Assembly: GCA_049302175.1 (NCBI GenBank)
Contig: JBAQLW010000360.1
Coordinates: forward strand, 1-33,177
Length of the DNA: 33,177 bases
Source: Rectinemataceae bacterium
Lineage (GTDB): Bacteria > Spirochaetota > Spirochaetia > Treponematales > Rectinemataceae
Direction: 5' to 3'
Shown here: in pieces, positions 9,825-19,185 of the stretch
Layout: each line of letters starts with the position of its first letter
Position numbering within the stretch: position 1 is the stretch's first letter
Position numbers and translations under genes: made by a program
Notes under the pieces: generated by a model
The model's database searches: none
What the model was told of the DNA's origin: nothing
Seen by the model: only the letters and a program-made list of their open reading frames with translations

Positions 9825-10832
9825 TCAATCTCCTGCGAGCTCATGCTGCCGGCTCGCCACGGTTGATCGTCCGCGCGCCGACCATTCGCTGATTACATCC
9901 TCGGCATCATTCACGATGACGGCGCCCTGAGAGGCCAGAGCCTTCCCCCCGGCGTTCCTGGAACCGCCAAGGCAAGCGTTATGGATAAAGACGTCGCGGC
10001 CCTCGGTGAGGGCGTGATCGGCCGTGATCAGGGCGCCCGAACCCTCGGGAGCCTCCACGACGACGCAGGAACGCGACATGCCCGCTATGATCCGGTTTCT
10101 CTCGGGGAACCTGTAGCGCTGTATCTGCGTGCGGGGCGGGTATTCCGTGACGAGACCCCCGCCCGCATCGAGGATGGCTGCCGCCAGGCTCCTGTTCGAA
10201 GCCGGGTAGACAGACTCGATGCCGCCGGGCAGGACGGCGAGCGTTCTGCCCTTGCCCCGCAACGCGCCGCGATGGGCTGCCGAATCTATACCCCTTGCCA
10301 GACCCGATACGACGCAGACACCCTTCGCGGCCAGGTCGGCAGCCAGGGTGAAGGCTGCGTGCAATCCCCTGCCTGATGGAACTCTCGTCCCGACAATAGC
10401 CACCGAAGGACTCTCGGGATCAGGAAGCCGCCCGCGCAGGTAGAGCCCGAAAGGAGGCCTGTACACTTCCCTCAATTGGGGAGGATAAGCCGAATCGGTG
10501 ATCGGCACGAAAATGATGCCCCGAGTCTTGAAAAATTCCGCGTCTTCGAGGGCTTTCTCCCAGAACCATGCCGGATTCCAGCATTCAGGCTTCATGGCGC
10601 GCATGACGAGCGCCTGTACATCCCCGGGCTTCATCGACATAAGCCCTTCCCGCGATCCGGCCTCGGCTGCCACGAGAAGCTTTTCGTGGCTTCGCAGGAA
10701 GTCCATCCGCGCGAGGGCGAGAACAAGAACCGGATCGGTAAGGTCGGCCCCGATGACAGTGCCCACCTCATCGTCGAAGCTTGTCCGGAACAAGGAGAGT
10801 CGGCGCGGATATCCGAGATTTTCTCTTTTCAT
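9825..10832 (-). CDS. dprA: DNA processing/protecting protein DprA (Smf)
   Basis: Rossmann-like DprA core (VAIVGTRVPSGRGLHAAFTLAADLA...VVSGLARGIDSAAHRGAL). The ORF is open to 10874. GGGAGG/AAGGAG sits just upstream of the ATGs at 10838 and 10832, so the true start is uncertain within about 40 nt. Confidence 0.85.
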   Translation of the reverse strand: MKRENLGYPRRLSLFRTSFDDEVGTVIGADLTDPVLVLALARMDFLRSHEKLLVAAEAGSREGLMSMKPGDVQALVMRAMKPECWNPAWFWEKALEDAEFFKTRGIIFVPITDSAYPPQLREVYRPPFGLYLRGRLPDPESPSVAIVGTRVPSGRGLHAAFTLAADLAAKGVCVVSGLARGIDSAAHRGALRGKGRTLAVLPGGIESVYPASNRSLAAAILDAGGGLVTEYPPRTQIQRYRFPERNRIIAGMSRSCVVVEAPEGSGALITADHALTEGRDVFIHNACLGGSRNAGGKALASQGAVIVNDAEDVISEWSARGRSTVASRQHELAGD

Positions 10833-10899
10833 CCTCATCCTCCCACTCCTTGAACGCCGCCCGAACCTATTCATGCTTCCGCCTTTTCAGATTTTTCCG

Positions 10900-11778
10900 T
10901 CAGTTGCGCGGAAAATACTCCCTGTGATAGCCCTGCAGGGCTTCTTCCTCGATATGCGTATAAATCTGCGTTGTCGAAATGTCGGAATGCCCGAGGAGTT
11001 CCTGGACAGTCCTCAAGTCAGCCCCGCCGGCAAGCAGATGTGTCGCGAAGCTGTGCCTGAAGGTGTGAACCTTCGCGGAAACGCCCGACACATTCCTGAT
11101 CCCCGAAAACCTCATCCAGATCCCTTTTCGCGAAATGCCCTTGCCCGACTGGTTGAGGAAAACCAGATTCGATTTCCTGTTTTTCGCGAAGTGAGGACGG
11201 GAATCGCTGATGTATCTTTCGAGCCAGACGCGAGCCTCGTCGCCGAAGGGCACGATCCTCTCCTTCTTGCGCTTTCCGATCACCCTGATCATTTTTTCCT
11301 TGAGATAGAGCCTGTCGAAGCTGAGCCCCGCGGCTTCCGATATCCTGAGTCCACAGGAATAGATGAGTTCGAAGAGAGCCCTGTCCCTCAGCCCGCTTGG
11401 GGTCGTAAGATCGATGCTCGCCAGAAACCTGTCCACTTCCTCGGGCTGGAGTACGTCAGGCAAGGTTCTTTCCTGTCTGGGCGTCCTGATGAGAAGCGAA
11501 GGATCATCGCCGCGCAGCCCTTCGAGCTTCATGAACTTGTAGAGGGAATGGATGGAAGCCACGAGCCGCGCCATGGTCGTCCTCGAAAGCCCCCTCTCAT
11601 GCCTCCATACGAGGAAAGAAAGGAGGTCCTCGCCGGTGGCCGTCAGAGGGTCCTTCCCCTGCCCCGCAAGAAATACCTCCAGGAAATTGAGTTCGCGGAG
11701 GTATGCCTCGGCGGTGAGGGCCGAGCGCTTGCGGACGAGAAGGAGAAAGGCCCTGAAACGGGCACCGAGTTCACTCAC
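10900..11778 (-). CDS. xerD: tyrosine recombinase XerD
   Basis: 292 aa. [39 protein letters not shown] is XerD-like. The N-terminal SAM-like domain has [13 protein letters not shown]. The GTG start overlaps the ftsZ TGA (GTGA). Confidence 0.8.
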   Translation of the reverse strand: MSELGARFRAFLLLVRKRSALTAEAYLRELNFLEVFLAGQGKDPLTATGEDLLSFLVWRHERGLSRTTMARLVASIHSLYKFMKLEGLRGDDPSLLIRTPRQERTLPDVLQPEEVDRFLASIDLTTPSGLRDRALFELIYSCGLRISEAAGLSFDRLYLKEKMIRVIGKRKKERIVPFGDEARVWLERYISDSRPHFAKNRKSNLVFLNQSGKGISRKGIWMRFSGIRNVSGVSAKVHTFRHSFATHLLAGGADLRTVQELLGHSDISTTQIYTHIEEEALQGYHREYFPRN

Positions 11779-12989
11779 GCCTTCACTCCCATCTTTTCGG
11801 TGCCGAATTTTTTCTCGCGCAGAATGGTGGGAATGTCGAGCTCATCGCCGTCGGCCGCGTTGTCGAAGCTGAAGCTTTTAGCGGAAGCCAGGGGCGCCTG
11901 GGTCATCTGCTCAAAGTCCTCGGGCGAAACATAATCGCTCGAAGGCCTGCGAATCTCCGTTCTAGCCCGCAGCATGGCTTTATCGGCGTTCGATACTCCG
12001 GTCTCCTTCCGATGCGTACCAAAACCCGTAGCGATGACGGTCACCCTCACCTCATCCTCGATTTTCGGATCGGTGACGAAGCCGGCTATAATATGGGCTT
12101 CGTCCGCCGCTTTCTCGGTGATGAAGTCCACGATTTCCTGGTATTCCACAAGGGAAAAGTCCTCGCCGCCCGTCACGTTGACGAGAACGTTCCGAGCGCC
12201 TTCGATGCGGGCATCCTCGAGGAGGGGATTATTCACCGCCTTGGCGGCTGCGTCAACCGCCCTGTTCTCTCCCGATCCGACGCCAATGCCCATAATGGCG
12301 TCGCCTTGCCCCTGCATGACGGTGCGCACGTCGGCGAAGTCGATGTTGATGTCGCCGGCGAAGGTTATCAGGTCGGAGATACCCTGCACTCCCTGCCGCA
12401 GCACGTCGTCGGCGAGAAGAAAAGCCTGCCTGATGGGAGTGCGCTTGTCCACAATCTTCAGGAGATTCTGATTGGGGATGACGATGACCGTGTCGACAGC
12501 CTGCCTGAGCTTCTCGAGGCCTTCCTCGGCGATGCGCCCGACGATCTTGCCCTCGAAATTGAAGGGCTTTGTCACGACGGCGACGGTGAGGGCGCCGAGA
12601 TCGCGGGCAGTCTGCGCGATGATGGGAGCCGAGCCCGTGCCCGTGCCACCGCCCAGGCCTGTGGTGACGAAGACCATATCGGAACCGCGCAGCGACTGCT
12701 CGATTATCTCGCGGTCTTCCATGGCCGCCTTTTCGCCGACCTCAGGCTTTCCGCCAGCGCCCAGCCCCTTTGTGAGCTTGGTGCCGATGCCGAGCTTGAT
12801 CTCCGCCTTGGAACGGCCCAGGTCCTGGAGGTCGGTATTGACCGAGATGAACTGCACGTTGGCGAGACCGCCGGCTATCATCCTGTTCACCGCGTTCGAT
12901 CCGCCGCCGCCTGCGCCGATTACCTTGATCACGGTCGGATTGACCGAGCTGTCGTCATCGATGATTTCGATTGCCATTTTTTCCTCCAT
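11775..12989 (-). CDS. ftsZ: cell division GTPase FtsZ
   Basis: 404 aa. [17 protein letters not shown], tubulin signature [15 protein letters not shown], and a conserved C-terminal peptide (DIPTILR). Confidence 0.98.
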   Translation of the reverse strand: MEEKMAIEIIDDDSSVNPTVIKVIGAGGGGSNAVNRMIAGGLANVQFISVNTDLQDLGRSKAEIKLGIGTKLTKGLGAGGKPEVGEKAAMEDREIIEQSLRGSDMVFVTTGLGGGTGTGSAPIIAQTARDLGALTVAVVTKPFNFEGKIVGRIAEEGLEKLRQAVDTVIVIPNQNLLKIVDKRTPIRQAFLLADDVLRQGVQGISDLITFAGDINIDFADVRTVMQGQGDAIMGIGVGSGENRAVDAAAKAVNNPLLEDARIEGARNVLVNVTGGEDFSLVEYQEIVDFITEKAADEAHIIAGFVTDPKIEDEVRVTVIATGFGTHRKETGVSNADKAMLRARTEIRRPSSDYVSPEDFEQMTQAPLASAKSFSFDNAADGDELDIPTILREKKFGTEKMGVKA

Positions 12990-12992
12990 ATT

Positions 12993-14240
12993 TCAGATGA
13001 ATTTGTCCTTGAGCCATGTAACGATTTTCCCCAGGTTGGATGCCCTGGATTTGTCTTTCCGCGCCGATGACTGTCCCCTGGAAGGGTCTAGAGCCAATTG
13101 AGCATCGGCTTCGAGAAGCACGAGTCCCACGGCCGTCGCGAACATCGGATTTCTGTATTCGTTTCCCAGGCCGCCGATCACCGGAGGCGTGCCGAGATGG
13201 GCTGGTACGCCGAAAACCGATTCCGCGAGTTCCCTCGCCCCTGCCATCAGGGATGCTCCCCCGGTGAGAACAATGCCTGCCTTGATGTCTTTGAGGTATC
13301 CCGCCTTGTCGAGCTTCTCCTTGGCCATGAGGAATATTTCCTCCATGCGGGGCTGGACTATGGCGCAGAGCTTCCTGCGCGGTATTTCCGTGGGTTCGCG
13401 TCCGCCGATGCCCGGCACGACGATGAGCTCGTCGGCATCGATGGATTCAAGCCAGCAGGAAGCGGCTTCGCGCTTCAGGCGCTCGGCCGAGTCCATGAGG
13501 ACGCTCAGCATGATGGATATATCGTTCGTCACCTGCATGCCACCGGCGGGGACGGCCGAGGTATACCAGGGCTCTCCGTCGCGGAACACCATGATGTCGG
13601 TGGTTCCCCCGCCTATATCCATGAGGAGGCAACCCAGATCGCGCTCATCGCTGGAGAGCACCGATCGCGCCGCCGCGAGGCTGCCGAGGACGAATCGGTC
13701 GGGCTTATAACCCGCGCGATTCACGCACTTGGCCATGTTCTGCGTCGTCGTCACGGAGCTCGTGATGATATGCACCTCGGATTCGAGGCGCACTCCCATC
13801 ATATGGAGGGGATCGCGTATGCCGCGCTGGGCGTCTACCGAATAGGTCTGGGGCACGACATGGAGGATTTCCCTGTCCATGGGGATGGAAACTGCTTTGG
13901 CCGCTTCATGCACGCGCCCGATATCATCGGCGGTGATCTCCCTGCCCTTGCCCGCAACGGCGACGACGCCTTTGGAGTTGAGGCTCTCGACGTTGGCGCC
14001 CGAGATGCCCAGGACGCAGGAATGAATCTCCCTGCCCGACATCAGCTCGGCCGATTCGATCGCCGACGTCACTGAGGACAAGGTCGCCTCGATATTGAGC
14101 ACCACGCCCCGCCTCAGACCCGTCGACGGCGCTAGGCCCACGCCAATGATCTCGAGTTGATCCTCTTCGTTGAAATCCCCTACTACTGCCCGTGTCGACG
14201 TTGTGCCGATATCGAGCCCGACAATGAAGGTGTCAGTCAG
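12993..14240 (-). CDS. ftsA: cell division protein FtsA (actin-like ATPase); probable non-canonical CTG start
   Basis: The conserved N-terminus FIVGLDIGTTSTRAVVG lies upstream of the first GTG used by the ORF track (14141). There is no in-frame ATG, GTG or TTG upstream. AGGAGG (14252..14247) sits 6 nt before an in-frame CTG at 14240. Confidence 0.88.
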   Translation of the reverse strand: MTDTFIVGLDIGTTSTRAVVGDFNEEDQLEIIGVGLAPSTGLRRGVVLNIEATLSSVTSAIESAELMSGREIHSCVLGISGANVESLNSKGVVAVAGKGREITADDIGRVHEAAKAVSIPMDREILHVVPQTYSVDAQRGIRDPLHMMGVRLESEVHIITSSVTTTQNMAKCVNRAGYKPDRFVLGSLAAARSVLSSDERDLGCLLMDIGGGTTDIMVFRDGEPWYTSAVPAGGMQVTNDISIMLSVLMDSAERLKREAASCWLESIDADELIVVPGIGGREPTEIPRRKLCAIVQPRMEEIFLMAKEKLDKAGYLKDIKAGIVLTGGASLMAGARELAESVFGVPAHLGTPPVIGGLGNEYRNPMFATAVGLVLLEADAQLALDPSRGQSSARKDKSRASNLGKIVTWLKDKFI

Positions 14241-15426
14241 CTTGTGCCTCCTTTGTCCTATACACGATGGTGCCCGTACGGAAATCGATCTCTTCGATCT
14301 TTTCCGTGCCCTGTCTGCCGGCGAGAATATCCAGGACCAGCAAGGCTGAACCCAGGCTCGCTTTCGTGAGCCGCGCCGACATTCGGATAGGAACCGATTT
14401 CCCGGAGGGGAAGAGGAGAAGTTCCGCTTCGGAATCGGATATTTTTTCGATCTTGATCTCGGAGAAAGCCTCGAGAAGCGAAGGGCTGTCCTTCGACAAA
14501 CCGGCTATGTCGCCCAGAAGGGGACGCAGGTACTCGGGCAATCTTTGCCCGGGCAGGAAGCGCTCGAAGCGAATACCCGAGAGGACGGGAAGTTTGCCCG
14601 ACGAAGCGATGGAATCCATGAAAGCGAAGGCCACCCCGTCGGCGTCGATAGCCACCGACTTCGTGCCGATTTCCTCATTGATGAGGACACAGGCGACAGC
14701 CTTCCTCTCCACGAGGTCAATGGCGAGCTGATCGGGGAAGACACGGCGTACATTGGCTTCGGCAATTTTCGGATTCGCCAGGATCCGCCCTTCCATGGCG
14801 GGGACGTCGGCGTTCACCAGGTTGATGTCGGGCGTCAGATTCAGAGCATCCATTATTTCCTTCTCCGTCGTATTCGTCATTCCCAGCACAGTCACCTTGT
14901 TCACGCGCGTGACTTCGGGGACGGAAAAATAGAGCCCCGTGCCCAAGGCGACGAGAAGGATAAAGGCGATGGCGAGTTTGGCGTTGTCACCGAGGTGCTT
15001 CGCGCGATTTTTCGATGCCAGCCAATCGCGTTCCGCAACGGTTTTGGCTATGGAAGCGGCTTTCTTGTCGTAGAGTTTATGCGGCTTCAGCCTGGCGCGG
15101 GCTGGTTCACCTGTATCGTACCTGCCATCCGCCTTTTCCCGCTGCCGGGGCGTCGAAGGAGCGAGACTTCTCGCGAAAGGACGGATCGTGCTTCCGGCGC
15201 CGCTGGCTATGCCGGAGCGGCCGGCGGTTCCGGCGATGCCGGTTTCGCGGCGCATCGTGCTCCGTTCCAGATAGGACAGGGTACCAACCCTCTTTGCCCT
15301 GTCGAAGGCATGGATGTCGCCTGCTTTGCCGGCCTCCCCGGCCTTCATCGGCTCGGCGTGGCGCGATGCCCCAGTCAAATCGGCAGGACCCAGCCTCGAT
15401 TTCGCCCGCGACAGAAGTTCAGCCAT
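14233..15426 (-). CDS. ftsQ: FtsQ/DivIB-type cell division protein (POTRA) with a long disordered cytoplasmic N-terminus
   Basis: One TM segment (LAIAFILLVALGTGLYF) followed by a POTRA-like region (VNKVTVLGMTNTTEKEIMDALNL...RILANPKIAEANVRRVFPDQLAIDLVER). The ATG at 15426 has GGAGG 8 nt upstream and overlaps the ftsW stop by 8 nt. Confidence 0.72.
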   Translation of the reverse strand: MAELLSRAKSRLGPADLTGASRHAEPMKAGEAGKAGDIHAFDRAKRVGTLSYLERSTMRRETGIAGTAGRSGIASGAGSTIRPFARSLAPSTPRQREKADGRYDTGEPARARLKPHKLYDKKAASIAKTVAERDWLASKNRAKHLGDNAKLAIAFILLVALGTGLYFSVPEVTRVNKVTVLGMTNTTEKEIMDALNLTPDINLVNADVPAMEGRILANPKIAEANVRRVFPDQLAIDLVERKAVACVLINEEIGTKSVAIDADGVAFAFMDSIASSGKLPVLSGIRFERFLPGQRLPEYLRPLLGDIAGLSKDSPSLLEAFSEIKIEKISDSEAELLLFPSGKSVPIRMSARLTKASLGSALLVLDILAGRQGTEKIEEIDFRTGTIVYRTKEAQAD

Positions 15427-16609
15427 TATACTTTCCTCCAGGCACTTCGGCGGCGCTCGATGCCGAGACATTCGAGACAGCCGAAAAACCATTTTCCTTG
15501 AGGGTGTTCATGATGAGTCCCCCGGCCAGGGCAGTGGAGAGCAGAGATGAACCACCGGCCGAGAAAAAGGGAAGCGCGATGCCCGTGGCGGGCAGGAAAC
15601 CCGACACAACACCGAGATTCACGAGGAACTGCAGCGAAAGGAGGCAGAGGAGGCCCATCGCGAGGAGGTATCGGAAGCCTTCCCTTCCCTTCGTGGCGCG
15701 CACCACCGATACCACGAGAAATATCCAGCAGCTGAAGATGGCCACAACACCCAGGAGCCCTGTTTCCTCGGCAAAGGCGGCGAACGCGAAATCGGACTGT
15801 ATTTCGGGAACCGAGCTGAGCTTTCGCGTCCCCAGACCGAGACCTTTGCCCCATAGCCCGCCCGACATGATAGCTCTGATCGAGTTGTGCACCTGGTAAT
15901 TCATTCCATGGGGGTCGTAGTCGGGGATGATGAAGCCCAGCACTCGAATGAGGCGGTATTCCGATGTCGTCACCATGAGGACGACGGCGGGAATCGCGAG
16001 GAGGAGGGTTCCTGCGAAAAAGCGCAGGGGCGTACCGGCGAACCAGAAAACGGAGAGACCGGCGACTAGGGCCAGCACAGAGGTGGAAAAGTCATCTTGA
16101 AGATAAATAGTCAGGCAACCGAGGATTATTATCATGAAAGGGAAAATCGCCTCGCCCGCGGATTTCCTTATTGAAAGGCTTTTCTTGTCGAGAATGTGCG
16201 CGGCGTAGATGAGGCTGATCGGTTTCCACAGCTCGGAGGGCTGGAAATTGGTGACATAGAGATCGATCCAGCGCCGTGCCCCGTTGATCTCCACGCCTAT
16301 GCCGGGGATGAATGGCAAAAGGAGGGAGAGGAGCGAAACCAGGGCGAGGGGTCCCGCCAGAAGTCTCAACCTGTCCAGGGGAAATCTGGAAGCCGCGATG
16401 AAGACGACACTGGCGGGAAGGAGGAAGAGAGCCTGGCGCAGCGCGAAATAATCGGCGCCCCGGTCCATCCGTATGGCATAACCGGCAGAAGCCGACCACA
16501 TGGCGACAAAGCCGATCAGCGCGAGCACGGCGAATGATCCGGCGAATCCCGATTCGGGATGGCGGATCGTCCTGCCGACTGCCTGCATCTCATTGAGCAC
16601 TTTCATCAT
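15419..16609 (-). CDS. ftsW: SEDS-family peptidoglycan polymerase / lipid II-associated protein FtsW
   Basis: 396 aa, polytopic membrane protein. Typical FtsW/RodA motifs (QPSELWKP, GLGLGTRKLSSVPEIQSDFAFAAFAEETG) and dcw-cluster context. Confidence 0.88.
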   Translation of the reverse strand: MMKVLNEMQAVGRTIRHPESGFAGSFAVLALIGFVAMWSASAGYAIRMDRGADYFALRQALFLLPASVVFIAASRFPLDRLRLLAGPLALVSLLSLLLPFIPGIGVEINGARRWIDLYVTNFQPSELWKPISLIYAAHILDKKSLSIRKSAGEAIFPFMIIILGCLTIYLQDDFSTSVLALVAGLSVFWFAGTPLRFFAGTLLLAIPAVVLMVTTSEYRLIRVLGFIIPDYDPHGMNYQVHNSIRAIMSGGLWGKGLGLGTRKLSSVPEIQSDFAFAAFAEETGLLGVVAIFSCWIFLVVSVVRATKGREGFRYLLAMGLLCLLSLQFLVNLGVVSGFLPATGIALPFFSAGGSSLLSTALAGGLIMNTLKENGFSAVSNVSASSAAEVPGGKYNG

Positions 16610-16613
16610 CTGC

Positions 16614-17696
16614 CTACTGTATCTTCAATGTTGAAAGCGCCAGCAGCGCGAACATGCCGCCCATTATCCAAAAACGGACGACAACCTTGGTTTCCTTCAG
16701 CCCGGCCAGTTCGAAGTGATGGTGGAGAGGTGCCATGCGGAAGAGGCGCTTGCCCTTCGTGGCCTTGAAATAGAGCACTTGAAGCATCACGGAACCGAGT
16801 TCCATGACAAAAACACCACCGATGAGGAGGAGAAGTATTTCTTTCTTGACGATCAGGGACAGGACGCCGAGAACTCCGCCAAGCGAGAGGGAGCCAGCGT
16901 CGCCCATGAAGACTTCGGCGGGATGGGAGTTGAACCAGAGAAAACCGGTGCATGCGCCCAGGAGGGCCAGGTTGAAGACGGTCAGCTCGCCCGCTCCCTT
17001 CACATAGGGAATCTTGAGGTAGTCAGCCCAGTCAGCGCGGCCGCTCACGTAGGTGAGAATGGCGAAGGCTATGATGGCCATGATGACGAGGCCGGTCGCG
17101 AGTCCGTCCAGCCCGTCGGTGATGTTGACGGCGTTCGACCAGGCGGTGACGTAGATCATGGCGACGGGTATCCAGAAAACGCCAAGGTCGAGGATGTGCG
17201 TCTTGAAGAAGGGAATATAGAGCTTCGTGGAACTTTCCCCGCCGATAAAGTAAAGCCCCAGCGTGACAACCATGGAGACGGTGAATTGGAGGAGAAGTTT
17301 TTTCACCGGTGAGAGTCCGTCCGAATTGCGCTTTTTTATCTTGAGCAGGTCGTCGGCCATCCCGATGGCGCCAAAGCCAACGAGGGCGAAGAGAACTATC
17401 CAGGTGAGGGGATTCCGTACATCCTGCCATAGCATGACGGAGACGGCGACCCCTACGATGATGAGGATTCCGCCCATGGTAGGCGTGCCCATCTTGGCCA
17501 GGTGGCTCTGGGGACCGTCCTCTCTCACAGACTGTCCGAACTTCAGAACTCCCAGCTTCCTGATGACGGTGGGCCCGAACAGGAAGACGATAAGGAGTGC
17601 CGTGATCGCCGCGTAGGCCGAACGAAAGGTCAGGTAGCGGAAGATATTGAAGGGTGAAAAATATTTCACCAGCGGCAGCAACAGTTCACGAAGCAT
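16614..17696 (-). CDS. mraY: phospho-N-acetylmuramoyl-pentapeptide transferase MraY
   Basis: N-terminus FNIFRYLTFRS, then KxGTPTMGG, NAVNITDGLDGLA and MGDAGSLSLGG motifs. I chose the ATG at 17696 (MLRELL...), which overlaps the murF stop by 11 nt. The ORF is open to 17717. Confidence 0.95.
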   Translation of the reverse strand: MLRELLLPLVKYFSPFNIFRYLTFRSAYAAITALLIVFLFGPTVIRKLGVLKFGQSVREDGPQSHLAKMGTPTMGGILIIVGVAVSVMLWQDVRNPLTWIVLFALVGFGAIGMADDLLKIKKRNSDGLSPVKKLLLQFTVSMVVTLGLYFIGGESSTKLYIPFFKTHILDLGVFWIPVAMIYVTAWSNAVNITDGLDGLATGLVIMAIIAFAILTYVSGRADWADYLKIPYVKGAGELTVFNLALLGACTGFLWFNSHPAEVFMGDAGSLSLGGVLGVLSLIVKKEILLLLIGGVFVMELGSVMLQVLYFKATKGKRLFRMAPLHHHFELAGLKETKVVVRFWIMGGMFALLALSTLKIQ

Positions 17697-19185
17697 GGAT
17701 TGCCCCCTCTTTTTCACGGTCTTCCTGCGTCAACAGGGCGGGGTTCACCCAGCCTTCGGCGAAAAGGGCTTCGGTGAAGCGCTCGAGCGCGAGACCTCTG
17801 GAAGCTTTCACCAGCACGAGATCTCCATCCTTCAAATAGGCGAGTACGGCGGATTTGAGCGATTCGATATCATTTGTATGGAAGATCTTCCTGCCTGACC
17901 CTGCATCCCCACCAGCGGAACATGAAGCCGACTGAGCTGCCTCGAAGCTGGCTCGTGCTTCTTCCCCGAAGAAGAAGAGCCCTTCGGCCTTGGATAAAGA
18001 CGCCTTCATCCCTATCGCCTCGTGTTCTTCCACCGAGGTATCGCCCAGCTCCCGCATCGAACCGAGCACATAGACCTTGCGGCCTCGAGACTCCACCGAA
18101 TCGCAGAGATCGATGGCTGCGGCGACAGAGTCGGGATTGGCGTTATAGCAGTCTCTGACGAGGGAAATTCTGCCCTCGAAAATCTCGGAGCGCCCGAAAA
18201 GGGGCTTCACCGAGGCGAGGCCGGCCGCCACGAGGGCGGGTGCGAGCTTCAGCTCGGCGGCTACCGAAAGCGCCGCGAGGGCGTCGAGAAGATTGTGCCT
18301 TCCAGGGAGGGGAAACAGGATGGTCTGCCCCGACCACCTCAGTTTCCATCCGGCTAAGCCAAGGCTGCTGTACTCTTCAAGACCCTCCGTAGCGCGGCAT
18401 CCAAACTCCGCCATCTTCCCCTTGACCCCAGCCTCGAGGAATTCCCTGTAAGAGTCATCTTCCCATACGAATCCGATCTGGCGGCCGTCGAAGCGCGAGA
18501 AAATCCTTTTCTTTTCGGCGGCGATGCCGTCCCTGGAACCGATCATGCCGATATGGGCCGTGCCGATATTGGTGATGATGGCGATATCGGGCTCGTATAT
18601 CGAAACCAGCTCGTCCATCTCGCCCTTCCGGTTCATGCCCATCTCGAAAACCCCAACTTTATGGAAGGGCTCGAGGGTGAACATTGCCAGGGCGAGGCCG
18701 ATATCGGAATTGAGATTGCCTTCGTTCATGACGAGGCTGCCTGATGGGAAGGCGGGAGCCAAGGCCGCCGCGATGCATTCCTTCGTCGTCGTCTTGCCCG
18801 AGGAACCGGTGACGCCGATGCGCAGGAGGTTCTTCATCCTGCGGCGATGCTCGCGGGCGAGGCCCTGGAGGCCCGAAAGAGGCGAATCGACGAAAATGAT
18901 GCAGGATCGGCCGAAACCGGAAGGAGGCAATGATGAAAGCAGCTTTTCCTTCCTGTCCGTGGCGGCGAGGATGCAGGCCGCGCCCCGCGCAAGGGCGGCG
19001 CCGATATAGTCGTGGCCATCGGCGTTTTCGCCGGGAAGCGCGATGAAAAGCGAGCCGGCACTGGCTTTCCGTGAATCGACGACAACGTTGTCTATCACAG
19101 CCTGAAGATTCCCCTTGCAGGCTCCCCCTATCATGCCGACAGCTTCGCCTGAAGTGAATAGTATCCTGCGGGAAGCTTCAATCAT
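17686..19185 (-). CDS. murF: UDP-N-acetylmuramoyl-tripeptide--D-alanyl-D-alanine ligase MurF
   Basis: 499 aa. Mur ligase P-loop (GVTGSSGKTTTKE), NIGTAHIG and DCYNANPDS motifs. The start overlaps the ftsL stop by 8 nt. Confidence 0.92.
   Translation of the reverse strand: MIEASRRILFTSGEAVGMIGGACKGNLQAVIDNVVVDSRKASAGSLFIALPGENADGHDYIGAALARGAACILAATDRKEKLLSSLPPSGFGRSCIIFVDSPLSGLQGLAREHRRRMKNLLRIGVTGSSGKTTTKECIAAALAPAFPSGSLVMNEGNLNSDIGLALAMFTLEPFHKVGVFEMGMNRKGEMDELVSIYEPDIAIITNIGTAHIGMIGSRDGIAAEKKRIFSRFDGRQIGFVWEDDSYREFLEAGVKGKMAEFGCRATEGLEEYSSLGLAGWKLRWSGQTILFPLPGRHNLLDALAALSVAAELKLAPALVAAGLASVKPLFGRSEIFEGRISLVRDCYNANPDSVAAAIDLCDSVESRGRKVYVLGSMRELGDTSVEEHEAIGMKASLSKAEGLFFFGEEARASFEAAQSASCSAGGDAGSGRKIFHTNDIESLKSAVLAYLKDGDLVLVKASRGLALERFTEALFAEGWVNPALLTQEDREKEGAIHAS

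Noticed and set aside
6723-11778. Two tyrosine recombinases that might mark an integrated mobile element or prophage boundary.
   Set aside because: Both have XerC/XerD-type C-termini and sit in conserved housekeeping synteny (codV-hslVU, and coupled to ftsZ). They have no flanking direct repeats, tRNA, phage genes or compositional shift.
10498-11934. 478-aa + strand ORF antisense to dprA, xerD and ftsZ. Similar long antisense ORFs occur at 429-1355, 6513-7409, 12012-13070, 13098-14075, 14545-15501, 22624-23556, 24254-25174, 28258-29187 and 30670-31350.
   Set aside because: Those I checked (10498, 22624 and 30670) are codon-aligned with the real gene on the other strand. Antisense stops correspond to sense TTA, CTA and TCA, which are rare in these GC3-rich genes, so the frame stays open by composition. 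Their translations are Arg/Gly/Pro-rich low complexity with no motifs, whereas the opposite-strand products have unambiguous family signatures.
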